In this document: piece by piece, positions 37,383-47,688 of the stretch
How the letters are laid out: every line of letters begins with the position of its first letter
Numbering within the stretch: position 1 is the stretch's first letter
Sequence record: LC819009.1
DNA length: 64,000 bases
Reading direction: 5' to 3' (one strand)
The notes under the pieces: generated by a model
Database searches by the model: none
Told to the model about the DNA's origin: nothing
What the model saw: the letters and a program-made list of their open reading frames with translations, nothing else
Position numbers and translations under genes: made by a program

Positions 37383-37757
37383 TTACGACGCGACGTTGCC
37401 GTCCTTGTCGTAATACTGCGCCCGCGGATGACCCTTGAAAGTCACCCACCAACCAGGTTTATCATCCCTGGCGTACGGAGCCAGATTCTCCTGTTCGATA
37501 TCCACGAACTTGAGAACCTCTTCCAGATCCCGAGCCTTGAAGATCGGAATCCACTCACTGGTCGTATACAGATACTGCCAGACAGTATCCTTCAGACCAG
37601 GCAGAGCCAGCATCTGCTCGATCGTCAGGTCACTGTCCTGGATCGTAGCTGTCTGGCCCTGATACTCAAACTGCAGGAATGCTGAATCCTGCAAGATGAG
37701 ATCGTTCTGTACCTGCTCAAGGGTATAGAACGCATTCATACGCGGCTTTTGGCGCAT
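37383..37757 (-). CDS. Hypothetical protein
   Basis: AGGAGAG RBS. Confidence 0.7.
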   Translation of the reverse strand: MRQKPRMNAFYTLEQVQNDLILQDSAFLQFEYQGQTATIQDSDLTIEQMLALPGLKDTVWQYLYTTSEWIPIFKARDLEEVLKFVDIEQENLAPYARDDKPGWWVTFKGHPRAQYYDKDGNVAS

Positions 37758-37822
37758 GGTGTTACTCTCCTAAAAAGGTTTTAAGCAGAGGGCGGAATTG
37801 CCCTCCATTTTGGTCCAGCTGT

Positions 37823-38311
37823 TTACATCCCGTACTTCACGAGGAAGTCGTCGAACTTCGTGTAGAACTCACTGCGAGTCATAACCTCGCCGTGGAACTC
37901 ACGATTGGCGATCCGTAGTTCTGATTCGACCCGATACGCTTGCAGCATGACTTCAGCAATCATGCATTCAACACGACGTGCGAAGTCCCTGGTATATGGA
38001 GCATCGAAGCCGAAGTGACTCAGCACCGCCAGGTAAGCATTGACTTCGATCGAGTCATTGAACCTGTCGTATCTGAAATCGCCATTTTCAGCTTGCCCGA
38101 TGAAGCGACTCGACATCAGCCACTTGTCGACTGTAACCGTAGCCAGTTTGAACGACTTGCGGTCTTCATTCGATTCCGCGAACGGATTGAAACGAAGATC
38201 GACCATCTCTTTCGTGTAGTGGCTGCGAGGTTCACGCGCATTCATTGTGCGTAGAACTTCACCGTCGTAAACAACGTGGACCACGTACTTCTTATCCATT
38301 ACAAACTCCAT
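37823..38311 (-). CDS. Hypothetical protein
   Basis: First gene after the promoter motif. Confidence 0.7.
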   Translation of the reverse strand: MEFVMDKKYVVHVVYDGEVLRTMNAREPRSHYTKEMVDLRFNPFAESNEDRKSFKLATVTVDKWLMSSRFIGQAENGDFRYDRFNDSIEVNAYLAVLSHFGFDAPYTRDFARRVECMIAEVMLQAYRVESELRIANREFHGEVMTRSEFYTKFDDFLVKYGM

Positions 38312-38354
38312 TGTAAAAGGAAGTTCAAAGCCTTTGATTGGCTTTATCCTTTTC

Positions 38355-38371
38355 GTTATATATCTTTGAAA
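38355..38371 (-). promoter_or_regulatory. Putative early phage promoter
   Basis: TTTCAAAGATATATAAC. Confidence 0.7.
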
Positions 38372-38426
38372 AAATCTACAAAGGCAAATGACGAGGATAG
38401 GGCTTTCGCCCTATCCCGTCTTTCGT

Positions 38427-39809
38427 TTAGTCCAATCCTGTCAGACCAGCCTGATTGGGATCATCCGCTTTCACGAAGATCACCATTGCGACGAATGAAC
38501 GATAGCCATTTGCCATCAGGCCCTTGCCGTTCATCTTGGTTTGGATATGCGCTTTCAACAACACGCCATTGACTTCTTTCACTTCACCCTGATCGAGGAA
38601 CATGATCTTCACGTTCAGACCAGGCTTGATGATTTCGGGATTAGCGTTTTCCCATTCGAGCGTGTAGAAATGTCCTTGTCCACGAGCCAAACGAGAAGTC
38701 GCCAGATACGGATTTGCCGTAATCCCTTCAGGCGAGAGTCGAACATTGTTCTTTCCGTTAGGAGCTTGCTCACCAACGAATTCACTGTTGTTCTGACTAC
38801 GCCTAGCCAACGCAGTATTGTTGCCACCCTTGGAGAAGCCTTGGACGATCTGGTTAGCATCTGCGAACATGACGCCATTACCAGCATTGTCCTGAATCTG
38901 ACTCTTGTCAGATTCGATCTTCTTGTTACCCGTCGACAGAATGGTCGTGATGCCATTTTGCGTAAGGTAAGTCTTCTCAACCTGAGGAAAGCGCTTGGCA
39001 GGAACTGAGATGATGATCAGCTTTTCTTTCGCCTCATCAAAGCCTGCCGTGTCGTATGGCGGATACACGTACCAGATACGCTCATGAACAAACTGAGCCA
39101 TACCTGTCGGGAAGATACCGCCGCACTTGGTTTGAACGTAATCTGCCAGATCCGAGAGCATGACGCCGTGATCGATTACAACCTGGCTTTGCTTATCGGT
39201 AGCTGCTGATGGATGCATGTTCACACCCAGGAGCTTATTGTCGTCATCGACTTCCAGCTGACCACAGTTCATCGTGATCAGGTGCTTGACGAGATCTGCA
39301 TTGGTCGTGTTGGTAAAGTTACCACCCACACTCACTTTACTGATGTCATCGAGCAACTTGGGTTTTAGCTGAATGTCGACTTCGACGAAGTCAAGCAGGT
39401 TCTGAACCTCTCGACTCAAATTCTCGTTGTTGTTATCTTCCGACATGAAGGGACGAGCCTTCGGATCGATAGACACATTAAACGTTTCAACAGTCACCGA
39501 TCCAGCAGCATCGGATTTGTCGTAACTGGTAGGATTGAGTAATTCTGTTTTCAGAATGAACTCAAGATTACCCTTGGCCGGATAAACGAAAGCCGTATAG
39601 TCACCCAACATCATGACCACACGAATCATCTTCACCGCGCCATAGTTCAGTTCGTAGTCAGCATGCTCGTCGATGTCCGTAATCTTGATCACGTCATACG
39701 TCTGCGTGCCAACCTTGAACTGTCCCGTATAGCTGTAGAAGTTAGGCTGGAAGCTGGAATTCAATACCCGCTGGATATCAAAGTCCAATGGAGAGCTGTC
39801 GATGTTCAT
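38427..39809 (-). CDS. Virion structural protein (phiKZ gp101 position; baseplate/tail candidate)
   Basis: 460 aa; synteny and size. Confidence 0.6.
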   Translation of the reverse strand: MNIDSSPLDFDIQRVLNSSFQPNFYSYTGQFKVGTQTYDVIKITDIDEHADYELNYGAVKMIRVVMMLGDYTAFVYPAKGNLEFILKTELLNPTSYDKSDAAGSVTVETFNVSIDPKARPFMSEDNNNENLSREVQNLLDFVEVDIQLKPKLLDDISKVSVGGNFTNTTNADLVKHLITMNCGQLEVDDDNKLLGVNMHPSAATDKQSQVVIDHGVMLSDLADYVQTKCGGIFPTGMAQFVHERIWYVYPPYDTAGFDEAKEKLIIISVPAKRFPQVEKTYLTQNGITTILSTGNKKIESDKSQIQDNAGNGVMFADANQIVQGFSKGGNNTALARRSQNNSEFVGEQAPNGKNNVRLSPEGITANPYLATSRLARGQGHFYTLEWENANPEIIKPGLNVKIMFLDQGEVKEVNGVLLKAHIQTKMNGKGLMANGYRSFVAMVIFVKADDPNQAGLTGLD

Positions 39810-40510
39810 TGAATACGTCCGTGAATACCTGAACGATCCATGTACGACAAGAAGATGTCGCGCATGGATGGACGCTCCGGCAACTTCTTCTCTTCCACAT
39901 TTTCCGGCTTGGGCTGATCGGTAACCGGTACTGTCGAGTACTTGTTGCGAACGGTGTACTGATCCTGCTTTGCCTTGCCTCGATCCCTGACGCGTTTGTC
40001 GACTGCATCGAACATTGCGTTGAGGTTGACGATTTCTCTTTGAAGACCTTCCGGAATGAACGTGCGAGCAAACTCTTCGCCATACTCGTGACCAGCATAC
40101 TGATACACGGCTTCAGCGAATTCGTCGATCTGCACGAGATCTTCAAACGGCACATTGTGGTTGAACACAGTCGACTGGATGCGTTTAGCCCAATCGAACG
40201 TATAGTCCTGGCAGATCTCGTAGATCGCTTTCGTATCGTCACGCTTAACGATACTGACCATTGTGTGTTCGTGATAGTACTCCACCATCTGAGCGATGGG
40301 GATGTACACGGGAGCCTGTTGCTTCATGAGCTCCCGGTCTACGTTTTGATTACCCGATGTGTGCAGGCCGTAGCGTTCAAGGTACGCCGTACCAAAACGA
40401 GCAATACGAGGTACCTTGCACAACCAGACCCGCCCCCACAACGGATACCGAGGATCATCGAAAGGGATGCTACTCGGGTTAGGTGCGGGGCGTTTCTTTT
40501 GTTCCGTCAT
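39806..40510 (-). CDS. Hypothetical protein (phiKZ gp100 position)
   Basis: ATGA-coupled within the structural operon. Confidence 0.6.
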   Translation of the reverse strand: MTEQKKRPAPNPSSIPFDDPRYPLWGRVWLCKVPRIARFGTAYLERYGLHTSGNQNVDRELMKQQAPVYIPIAQMVEYYHEHTMVSIVKRDDTKAIYEICQDYTFDWAKRIQSTVFNHNVPFEDLVQIDEFAEAVYQYAGHEYGEEFARTFIPEGLQREIVNLNAMFDAVDKRVRDRGKAKQDQYTVRNKYSTVPVTDQPKPENVEEKKLPERPSMRDIFLSYMDRSGIHGRIQ

Positions 40511-41856
40511 AGCCTTCTGAGGTTGTACTTGATCAGCAACAGGAGAAGCGGAATGTAGTAGAACCGTTCCACATGTCCCCAGTTGAGAATGTCGTCACAC
40601 ACTTTCAGAATATCGCCAGCGGCGATAATTTTAAAGTCGATGTAATCCAGCAGCAAACTTTCGAGCAACGACAGATTCGTGTTGTCGCGCGTATAGAAGG
40701 CGCTGGAGAGGACGTAGCCGTTGTCCATGTCGATGGGCTTGATGATGGGCATCGGAGCGATGGAGCCATCCGTAGGCGGCGTGGGAGGCACGTACGCAGG
40801 CATTGTCGACTTGATGTTGACTGGAAGCAGAGGTTTCTGGATTTCCTTGGCCATCATGAAGTCAACGTTCGTCTTCGGATCGACCGGATACACGACCTGA
40901 GCAATGCCCGAGTAGCGCATCGAAGCGAGAAGTGCCGAACGATGGAAATTCACCCGTGACGTCACGCCGGTCTTCGTGTAGATGAAGTTCATCAACTTCG
41001 GATCGCGATTGGAGAGCATCGTCCACAGACTCATGGACGAAATCGCGCCATCGTCCCCGATGTTCAATTCACGAATCGACTGGATATGAACATCGTCGAA
41101 CGAGTTCATGATCGACTTGACGAAATCGACCAGTCCATGATCGTAAGTCGGCACGTCTTGCATCGGAACGACAATCGTCATGTACTCGCGACTGAAGTAC
41201 TGGTTGAAGTACAGCTGGATGTAGTCGTACCAGTAGCCAGCCAGCTTCTTGCTGTTCTGATAGTCGTCCTCAACGAGCAAGGGATTCTGCAGGTTCAGCA
41301 GGAAGTCCTTGACGAAGTAGTACGTGACGATAGTCTTCTGATCCAGGTCGAAGATACGAGTCTGATCATTGATCGCAATCAGCTGATATTCGATCTGGTG
41401 GGCATGGTCCACGAAGATCTGCATCGCCTGCACTTTCGTGACCTTGAAGATACCTTCACGACCATCAGCAATGCCGGCGCGGAACATGTCACCTTCCTGA
41501 GGCACCAGGAAAGGATAGACGTTCGCCATACCCTGCATCGTCATTTCATTGGTTTGCGGATCTTGAGAAACCTGCGTCAAGTCCTGAGTCACTTTCAGTT
41601 CCATCGACCAGATGCGACGGTACTGTTGGAGAACAGCAGGCAAGGACGTATCCTGGCCTTTGATCTCACTATTCTTGTCGAGGATCTGTGAGTAGTAATC
41701 CACTACCCACGGCGAGCCTTCGATATACGCAAGCAGATCGCTCTGAGGCGTATATTCGGTATCGATGACAGCGGTCTTCACACCCGGCCTGAAAGGACGG
41801 ACAATGTCCTGCCTGGGCTGTGTGGGAGCGTTGTCGAGATCTGTCCAAAGCGGCAT
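40507..41856 (-). CDS. Virion structural protein (phiKZ gp99 position)
   Basis: 449 aa; YIEGSPWVVDYYSQ and ANVYPFLVPQEGDMF motifs; synteny. Confidence 0.65.
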   Translation of the reverse strand: MPLWTDLDNAPTQPRQDIVRPFRPGVKTAVIDTEYTPQSDLLAYIEGSPWVVDYYSQILDKNSEIKGQDTSLPAVLQQYRRIWSMELKVTQDLTQVSQDPQTNEMTMQGMANVYPFLVPQEGDMFRAGIADGREGIFKVTKVQAMQIFVDHAHQIEYQLIAINDQTRIFDLDQKTIVTYYFVKDFLLNLQNPLLVEDDYQNSKKLAGYWYDYIQLYFNQYFSREYMTIVVPMQDVPTYDHGLVDFVKSIMNSFDDVHIQSIRELNIGDDGAISSMSLWTMLSNRDPKLMNFIYTKTGVTSRVNFHRSALLASMRYSGIAQVVYPVDPKTNVDFMMAKEIQKPLLPVNIKSTMPAYVPPTPPTDGSIAPMPIIKPIDMDNGYVLSSAFYTRDNTNLSLLESLLLDYIDFKIIAAGDILKVCDDILNWGHVERFYYIPLLLLLIKYNLRRL

Positions 41857-41865
41857 TGCGTCCTC

Positions 41866-43431
41866 TTATTTCTTCGATTGGAACACGCCATTGACGGTGC
41901 TGAACTGCACGGTCTTCATGGCACGATTGATGGTTCGGCCTTTGAGGCATTCAGCGAATGCATCGTAGGTACGCGGCGTCAAGCCGTTAGCGATGATGTT
42001 ATCGCACGGACGATAGTTACCGGCCGTCGTCGGTGCAATGTACTGAACGATCTGATCGAACGCACAGCGGGCATTGCGAAGACGAGCTTTCGCATCTTCC
42101 GTGATGTAGGTCAGGTCAGTGGTCACCGAAATACGCAGATGCCAGACCTTACGCTTATTGAGAGGTTGAGTCGAATAGATGTTCAGATTCTCATCCATGC
42201 GAATCCAGGTAGGATCTACCAGCAGTCGACCCATGTAAAGGGCCACGTTCACGGCAGACTGACGAGGCTTTGTCACGTACTGGGCTTCCGATGCCATGAA
42301 CTGCTTCATGCAGTCACTGAACTGGAAACCATACGAATCCGCTTCGAGATCCGTCAGGTTCATGAGCAGGTTCGGATCCATTCCCGCCGCCACCTGATCG
42401 TCAGTCGGCAACAGAACGAGAGTCGTGACCATGCGCATCGTTCTCTCAGGAACATTGCGAGGCATAAACTCATCGAAGGTCGGGAAGTAACGACCCGGGA
42501 AATCCTGATAGACAGGATTCACGTTCTGCATCGATTCGAACGATTTCAGATGCGCCATCGACCAGCTACGCGATTGCTGGTGATCTTGCAAACGCTGAAA
42601 GCCTGTTTCGTTTCGGAACTTCTTGCTCAGGATCTGATTGTGAATCGAGATCGGATACATGAAGTGAATGTCCTTCGGCTTCTCGTAACGCAGCACGTAA
42701 GGAATTTCCACTTCCCACACATCCGTCTCATCTTTACGCTGACCGAAGTCAGGCTCAGAGCCGATGTCAAAGAAGCCAAGACAACGCATCTGGGTTTCCT
42801 TGAAGACACCCAATGTGTTCTTTCCTGCCTGATCCGTCAATAGACCATAGCGGGGATTGACCCATTTCTGGAAGAACGTGTCAAAGTCCTCACCATAGCC
42901 TGCTACAGCTTCCTGGAGGCGATGGATCTCTCTGAGGATGACCATGTAGGACTCCGGCATCGCAAACGAATACTGAAGCGTATGGAGCCACGTATCCTCA
43001 CGATTGGGGATCTTCATGATCATGTAATCGTACCAGCGACGAGCATCCGTCTTGTTCTTGGCACGATAGTGGATCGTGAACTTCATTTCCACCGATGCAT
43101 AAATCGGACGCATCTCGATTTCGAGGTCACGATTCAGAAAGAGCGGAATTTGTTCAGGTTGTTTGGTCACCATTGCAGGCAGCCAATCATTGACATAGTT
43201 CTCCGTGATTTCGATGAAGATCTTGTCAGTCGTCGGCAGGCGAATGGTTTCGTATTTGTTCGAGATGTAGCCATGAGGCTGAGCGACCGTATCCGCATAA
43301 CCCGGATAGTTGATATTCATGTCTGCAGGCAGACCGAGTCGATCGATCAGAATTTCCTGGACCGTGGCTACAGCGATGGCACGACTCACCGACTGATCGG
43401 ATTCCAGGATAGGTCTTTGAATCTTGGGCAT
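41866..43431 (-). CDS. Virion structural protein (phiKZ gp98 position)
   Basis: 521 aa; synteny. Confidence 0.6.
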   Translation of the reverse strand: MPKIQRPILESDQSVSRAIAVATVQEILIDRLGLPADMNINYPGYADTVAQPHGYISNKYETIRLPTTDKIFIEITENYVNDWLPAMVTKQPEQIPLFLNRDLEIEMRPIYASVEMKFTIHYRAKNKTDARRWYDYMIMKIPNREDTWLHTLQYSFAMPESYMVILREIHRLQEAVAGYGEDFDTFFQKWVNPRYGLLTDQAGKNTLGVFKETQMRCLGFFDIGSEPDFGQRKDETDVWEVEIPYVLRYEKPKDIHFMYPISIHNQILSKKFRNETGFQRLQDHQQSRSWSMAHLKSFESMQNVNPVYQDFPGRYFPTFDEFMPRNVPERTMRMVTTLVLLPTDDQVAAGMDPNLLMNLTDLEADSYGFQFSDCMKQFMASEAQYVTKPRQSAVNVALYMGRLLVDPTWIRMDENLNIYSTQPLNKRKVWHLRISVTTDLTYITEDAKARLRNARCAFDQIVQYIAPTTAGNYRPCDNIIANGLTPRTYDAFAECLKGRTINRAMKTVQFSTVNGVFQSKK

Positions 43432-43465
43432 AAGTTGTCCAGTGTTGGTTCTATGTCAAAAGATG

Positions 43466-43882
43466 TCACTCGTTTCGCTGCATGTATTCAGGCAGATCGG
43501 GAAACGGCAAGATCTTTCCTTTCAATTCGTGCGAACAGTCGCCCAGGAAATACACTTCTCCCGGTTTAGCTCCGTTGCAACCTACCCAGGTATGACACTG
43601 CTGACATTCGAAGTCATGCTCGTCTTCAGGATGCTTCTCATTAAACGTACACCAGCAATCATCCCCAGGTTTGTGGGAATCCATGTAATGTCCAGAACGA
43701 GTCAGGACGCTCGGACCGAAGACGGGTTTGTTCACGTCTCCATTCCACGTCCAGTTCTGACCCGGAGGACCACCTTGAGTCGTGATCTGGTGACAAGTCT
43801 GACAACCCTGACACCAATAGGTCAAACCACTACGACCGCGATTGTCGGACCAGCTACGAAGTTTTGAAGACAGAAGTCCCAT
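43466..43882 (-). CDS. DUF6527-like Cys/His-rich protein
   Basis: YWCQGCQTCH, WTWNGDVNKPVFGPSVL, CHTWV, FLGDCSHELKG. Confidence 0.65.
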   Translation of the reverse strand: MGLLSSKLRSWSDNRGRSGLTYWCQGCQTCHQITTQGGPPGQNWTWNGDVNKPVFGPSVLTRSGHYMDSHKPGDDCWCTFNEKHPEDEHDFECQQCHTWVGCNGAKPGEVYFLGDCSHELKGKILPFPDLPEYMQRNE

Positions 43883-43957
43883 GATGTTCTCAATAAAGAT
43901 TAACCAAAGGATCAACACTACCAGTAGCCTTTCGGCTACTGGTAGAGGATCTGCTGT

Positions 43958-44236
43958 TTAGTCGTCGTGACCACGAGTACGTTCGCGGAAGGAACTGTGT
44001 CCCGTCATGCGGGCTTTCAGATCCTTGTTGCTGCTGCTGCCCGTACCGTAAGCATCGTTGATGGTCCTGACTGCACGTACGGCCGCATGGCCGACGTTCT
44101 TGGCCGAGCCCACCACTGCTTCCTTGACGTCATGCGCGGCGTTCTTCACACCTTGCTTGGCGTTTTCCTTGGTGTCCTGCCACGAGCTCAAGGAAACCTG
44201 GCTCTTACGCGGTTTGTCGATCTGATAGAAGCCCAT
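43958..44236 (-). CDS. Small hypothetical protein
   Basis: Follows the head-protein gene, 2-nt gap. Confidence 0.6.
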   Translation of the reverse strand: MGFYQIDKPRKSQVSLSSWQDTKENAKQGVKNAAHDVKEAVVGSAKNVGHAAVRAVRTINDAYGTGSSSNKDLKARMTGHSSFRERTRGHDD

Positions 44237-44238
44237 GA

Positions 44239-45549
44239 TCAGTGTCCGTCCTTCTTCAAGTCAACGTGGTTGCCGCTACGGTTGTTGAAAGCCAACACGT
44301 ATTGGGCAAGATTGATGAACGAGTTCACCACCCCATCCACCAGGCCGTAATACATCAGAGCAGGCTGGTCCATCGTCTTCTGGAAGAACTTCAGATCGTA
44401 AAGCATGATGTCACGGTCGTTCTTCTTCTCTTTGGTGGAGAAGAGGTTTGCGCCGATCTTCTTGATCTTGGCTTCCATGCCCTTGATGAATGCTTCCTTG
44501 TCAACCTGATACTGCTTGACCTTATCTGCGCACGCTTTCAGCTGCGAGTTCAGATACTGGATGTTTTCGATGAGTTTGTCGGGATTGGCGAAATCGCCTT
44601 CGAGCACAGCGTACTTGTTCAAGTTGATGATGCCTTCGACTTTCGTCTTCTGGATCTTCAGGCCGTCGACCCAACGCAAGTTCTGCTTCATCACGTCATC
44701 GCTCTTCGCATCGTACTTCGGAGGCGGGAGCATCTGAACAGTCACGAAGGTGTTGTCGCCGAATTCTTCCGACGCATACACCTTGAGTTCACCATTCTTG
44801 CCGCGAGCAGCGGTGAGAACTTTACCCTCACGGGTTTCCTCGAAAGGAACCGGCATCGAGTCGTCAGTCGGTTTATCGCCAAGCATGCTTTCTTTGGCCT
44901 TGCGGTTCATCTCATGCTGGGCACCAAACACCTTCAGCATTTCAGAACCGATCTTGCCGAGGTACGGACCATCCATGATGCCGTGGGTGGTCACGATATG
45001 CTTGAGGATCTCCGGCTTGGACAAATCGCACTTGGTGTAAAAGCCATTGGAGCCAATCGGATACGGACCATCTTTCTTCTGCTCGTCGGTCTTTTTCTCG
45101 TTAGCAGCTTTGACTTCTTCAGCTTTGTGCTTCAGATCCGCGGTCTTTTCTTCGTGGTCCTTGTTGCGCGTGAAGATACGCTTAATCAGGCCCCACACCC
45201 ACTGGAACGCTTTCTTGATCGCATTGATGATCGACATGAAAACGTTCTTGATCCCTTCACCGAATCCTTCGAGAGCGGCATGACTGATGTCGTGCGTCTT
45301 GAAGGACTGCAAGTCGGGAATCACTTTGTTCGGTTCGCCGCCAATGCGACCCAGACGCAGGAAGCATTCAACGGAGTGCTGGACGAGTTTGTACGCTGTC
45401 TCATCGAGTCCCTTATCGCCGTCGGTCATCAGTTCCTGGGTATACGTGAGACTTTCCAGAGTCTGAATAGCCGTTTCGACTTTCTCGTTATCGTGAGCAT
45501 AAGCCTGGAGGTCCAGATCCAAGCTGTCGCTATAGGTGAGTGAGCTCAT
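44239..45549 (-). CDS. Internal head (ejection) protein paralog, phiKZ gp93-97 family-like
   Basis: ALEGF propeptide site followed by I.AIKKA.QW....KRIF helix. Confidence 0.7.
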   Translation of the reverse strand: MSSLTYSDSLDLDLQAYAHDNEKVETAIQTLESLTYTQELMTDGDKGLDETAYKLVQHSVECFLRLGRIGGEPNKVIPDLQSFKTHDISHAALEGFGEGIKNVFMSIINAIKKAFQWVWGLIKRIFTRNKDHEEKTADLKHKAEEVKAANEKKTDEQKKDGPYPIGSNGFYTKCDLSKPEILKHIVTTHGIMDGPYLGKIGSEMLKVFGAQHEMNRKAKESMLGDKPTDDSMPVPFEETREGKVLTAARGKNGELKVYASEEFGDNTFVTVQMLPPPKYDAKSDDVMKQNLRWVDGLKIQKTKVEGIINLNKYAVLEGDFANPDKLIENIQYLNSQLKACADKVKQYQVDKEAFIKGMEAKIKKIGANLFSTKEKKNDRDIMLYDLKFFQKTMDQPALMYYGLVDGVVNSFINLAQYVLAFNNRSGNHVDLKKDGH

Positions 45550-45654
45550 CGGATTCCTTAATTAGACGTCATAAGAGAATACTCAGGAGCCCGAAGGCTC
45601 CTGAGTATTCCCAGTGACAACTAACCGAAGTCAGTTACCGGCACGAAACGAGGA

Positions 45655-46971
45655 TTACTCCTTGTTTTCGTACTGGCGTGCCGACAGTTCAGCGTACTGC
45701 AGCGACGCGCTCATGCCGCGGATCGAGTGCGAAGCGAACGAAGCCGCCGGCTCGTCCATCAGCTTGCGGAACAGCGTTGCCGAAGCCTTCGCCTTCTTCT
45801 CGGCGTCGCCCTTCGAATCGCCGCCTTCGCGCGATTGACCGGCCGCGAACTTTTCGAGCTTCGCGATGAACTTCGCCTTGTTGTTGTTGATGTCGGTGAG
45901 GTTGCGCTTGTACTCGCTCACTTCACCGGCGAACTTCTCGATCGCTTCCGCGAAGCCGCGGATTTCGTCCGGCGTCAGGACCTTCAGCGTCTTGCCTTCG
46001 TCCTTCTTGTCGGACAGCGAGACCGAGCCGGCCTTGACCTTGTTCGCAGCTTCTTGAGCAGCCTTCACGTCGGCGCCGCCTTGTGCCTTCGGCACTGCGA
46101 TGTACACGACGGATTCGCCCGGGAAGCGCGAGGTCACGAACACAGCGACGTCGCTTTCAGCCGTCACGCGCTTGGCCGTACCGGCGTCAGCTTGCTTCAG
46201 GCCGTATTCGGCCGGCGACACGCCTTCCGTACGATCGTTCGCGAGGTCCGTTGCCTTGCCGAAGACGTCCGAGAACGCCTTTTGCTGGCTGAACAGCTTC
46301 TTCGCTTCAGCAGCCAGACCTTGCAGGTCGGCGGTCTTGACCGGCTGGCCGTTCACGCGCACGCTGTTGTACAGCGAGTCGTTTTCGAGGTTCGGCTCGG
46401 TAGCCTGGCCCGACAGCTTCGTGGTCGATTCCTTCAGCTTCTGAGCGCGCGATTGCAGACGCTCGGCCGCGCCGAAGATCTTGTTGAAGAAGTTGCGGAC
46501 CCACTCGATCGACTTCTTGATCGCGTCGACGATCGATTGCCAGATCTTCTTGGCGGAGATTTCGAGCGCTTCGACCGTGGCCTTGCCCAGTGCCGCGCGG
46601 TTCGTGCGCGTACGGAACGATTCCGACGACGGGATGCCGAGTTGCTTGTACGTCACGCCGATGCGTGCGACCTTGAGCAGCGTTTCGACGGACGTTTCGA
46701 TGATCTCGGCCGTGTTCTCGTCGATGCCTTCGCCTTCGTTCGCTTCCGCGACTTGTTCGGCGATGGTTTCCAGGCCGTCGGCTGCAACAGCAGCTGCGTC
46801 GATCTGGTCGTTGCCCGTGTTGATCGCTGCTTCGTCGGCGTTGATTTCGCTGACGGCCGATGCCAGGGTGTTGGTTTCGTCCGGAGCGATTGCGTCAGCG
46901 CCGGTCATGGTGTCTGCGGCGTCGAAGTTTTCGTTCGAGTGCAGGATGCCGCTTTGCGGAAGGAAAGACAT
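45655..46971 (-). CDS. Abundant internal head (ejection) protein paralog
   Basis: Acidic propeptide with SNE/SSE/ALE sites, then IVDAIKKSIEWVRNFFNKIF; strong codon bias. Confidence 0.75.
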   Translation of the reverse strand: MSFLPQSGILHSNENFDAADTMTGADAIAPDETNTLASAVSEINADEAAINTGNDQIDAAAVAADGLETIAEQVAEANEGEGIDENTAEIIETSVETLLKVARIGVTYKQLGIPSSESFRTRTNRAALGKATVEALEISAKKIWQSIVDAIKKSIEWVRNFFNKIFGAAERLQSRAQKLKESTTKLSGQATEPNLENDSLYNSVRVNGQPVKTADLQGLAAEAKKLFSQQKAFSDVFGKATDLANDRTEGVSPAEYGLKQADAGTAKRVTAESDVAVFVTSRFPGESVVYIAVPKAQGGADVKAAQEAANKVKAGSVSLSDKKDEGKTLKVLTPDEIRGFAEAIEKFAGEVSEYKRNLTDINNNKAKFIAKLEKFAAGQSREGGDSKGDAEKKAKASATLFRKLMDEPAASFASHSIRGMSASLQYAELSARQYENKE

Positions 46972-47103
46972 GTTGGATTACTCCATTGCAATGAAGGTTA
47001 CTAAGAGGCCCTTAGTTTAAAACACCTACTCTCGTAGGATCCTGAAAAACGTGCATTCTAAACTATATGCCTAAAATACACGTTTTAGTTTCTCACCAAA
47101 CAA

Positions 47104-47688
47104 TTAAGAGCCAAAGAACACGCGAAGGGTGAAAAGCATATCGCTCAAACCATCCCGTTGTCCCAGCCATGTACGCAGGAAGTCCCGGATGAGAACGGGT
47201 TCGTTGTTGTAGCGCCCCAAGAGGAACTCGCGTGTTGCGATCCCAATCGTCCAGGCATTGTGCTTACCGATGTCCAGTGTGTCCACATAGATCATCGGAT
47301 GATACTTCCGGAACCCCGTGTACACGTAGCAGACCGTCTCGTCAACGAAACGATTTTGCATCGTGTCAAAATATGGGTTCTGTTTCTGTTTTTCGATCCA
47401 TTCGTTGATGGTCAAGGTGCCAAACGAGCCGAGGGCAGCTCGATACAGGCGTTCGCGAAAAGCGAAATCCCGCTTGAGCATGTCCTCGTGCTTCGTGACC
47501 TCTTTCCAGAGTTCCTCGATGTCCGCGTTCGGAGTGAGGTCATTAGCCTCAGACTCCAAAGTGATACGCCGAGTTGCGGCACCTATAAGATCCACCTGAA
47601 TGGGTTTGTTCACCTGAGCCTTACGGTACTCGATGGGGGCACCGAGAAAACCGTTCGGGTAGAGTTTCAACCCACCGAAGATCTTCAT
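47104..47688 (-). CDS. Hypothetical virion-cluster protein
   Basis: TAATG-coupled to the upstream structural gene. Confidence 0.65.
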   Translation of the reverse strand: MKIFGGLKLYPNGFLGAPIEYRKAQVNKPIQVDLIGAATRRITLESEANDLTPNADIEELWKEVTKHEDMLKRDFAFRERLYRAALGSFGTLTINEWIEKQKQNPYFDTMQNRFVDETVCYVYTGFRKYHPMIYVDTLDIGKHNAWTIGIATREFLLGRYNNEPVLIRDFLRTWLGQRDGLSDMLFTLRVFFGS

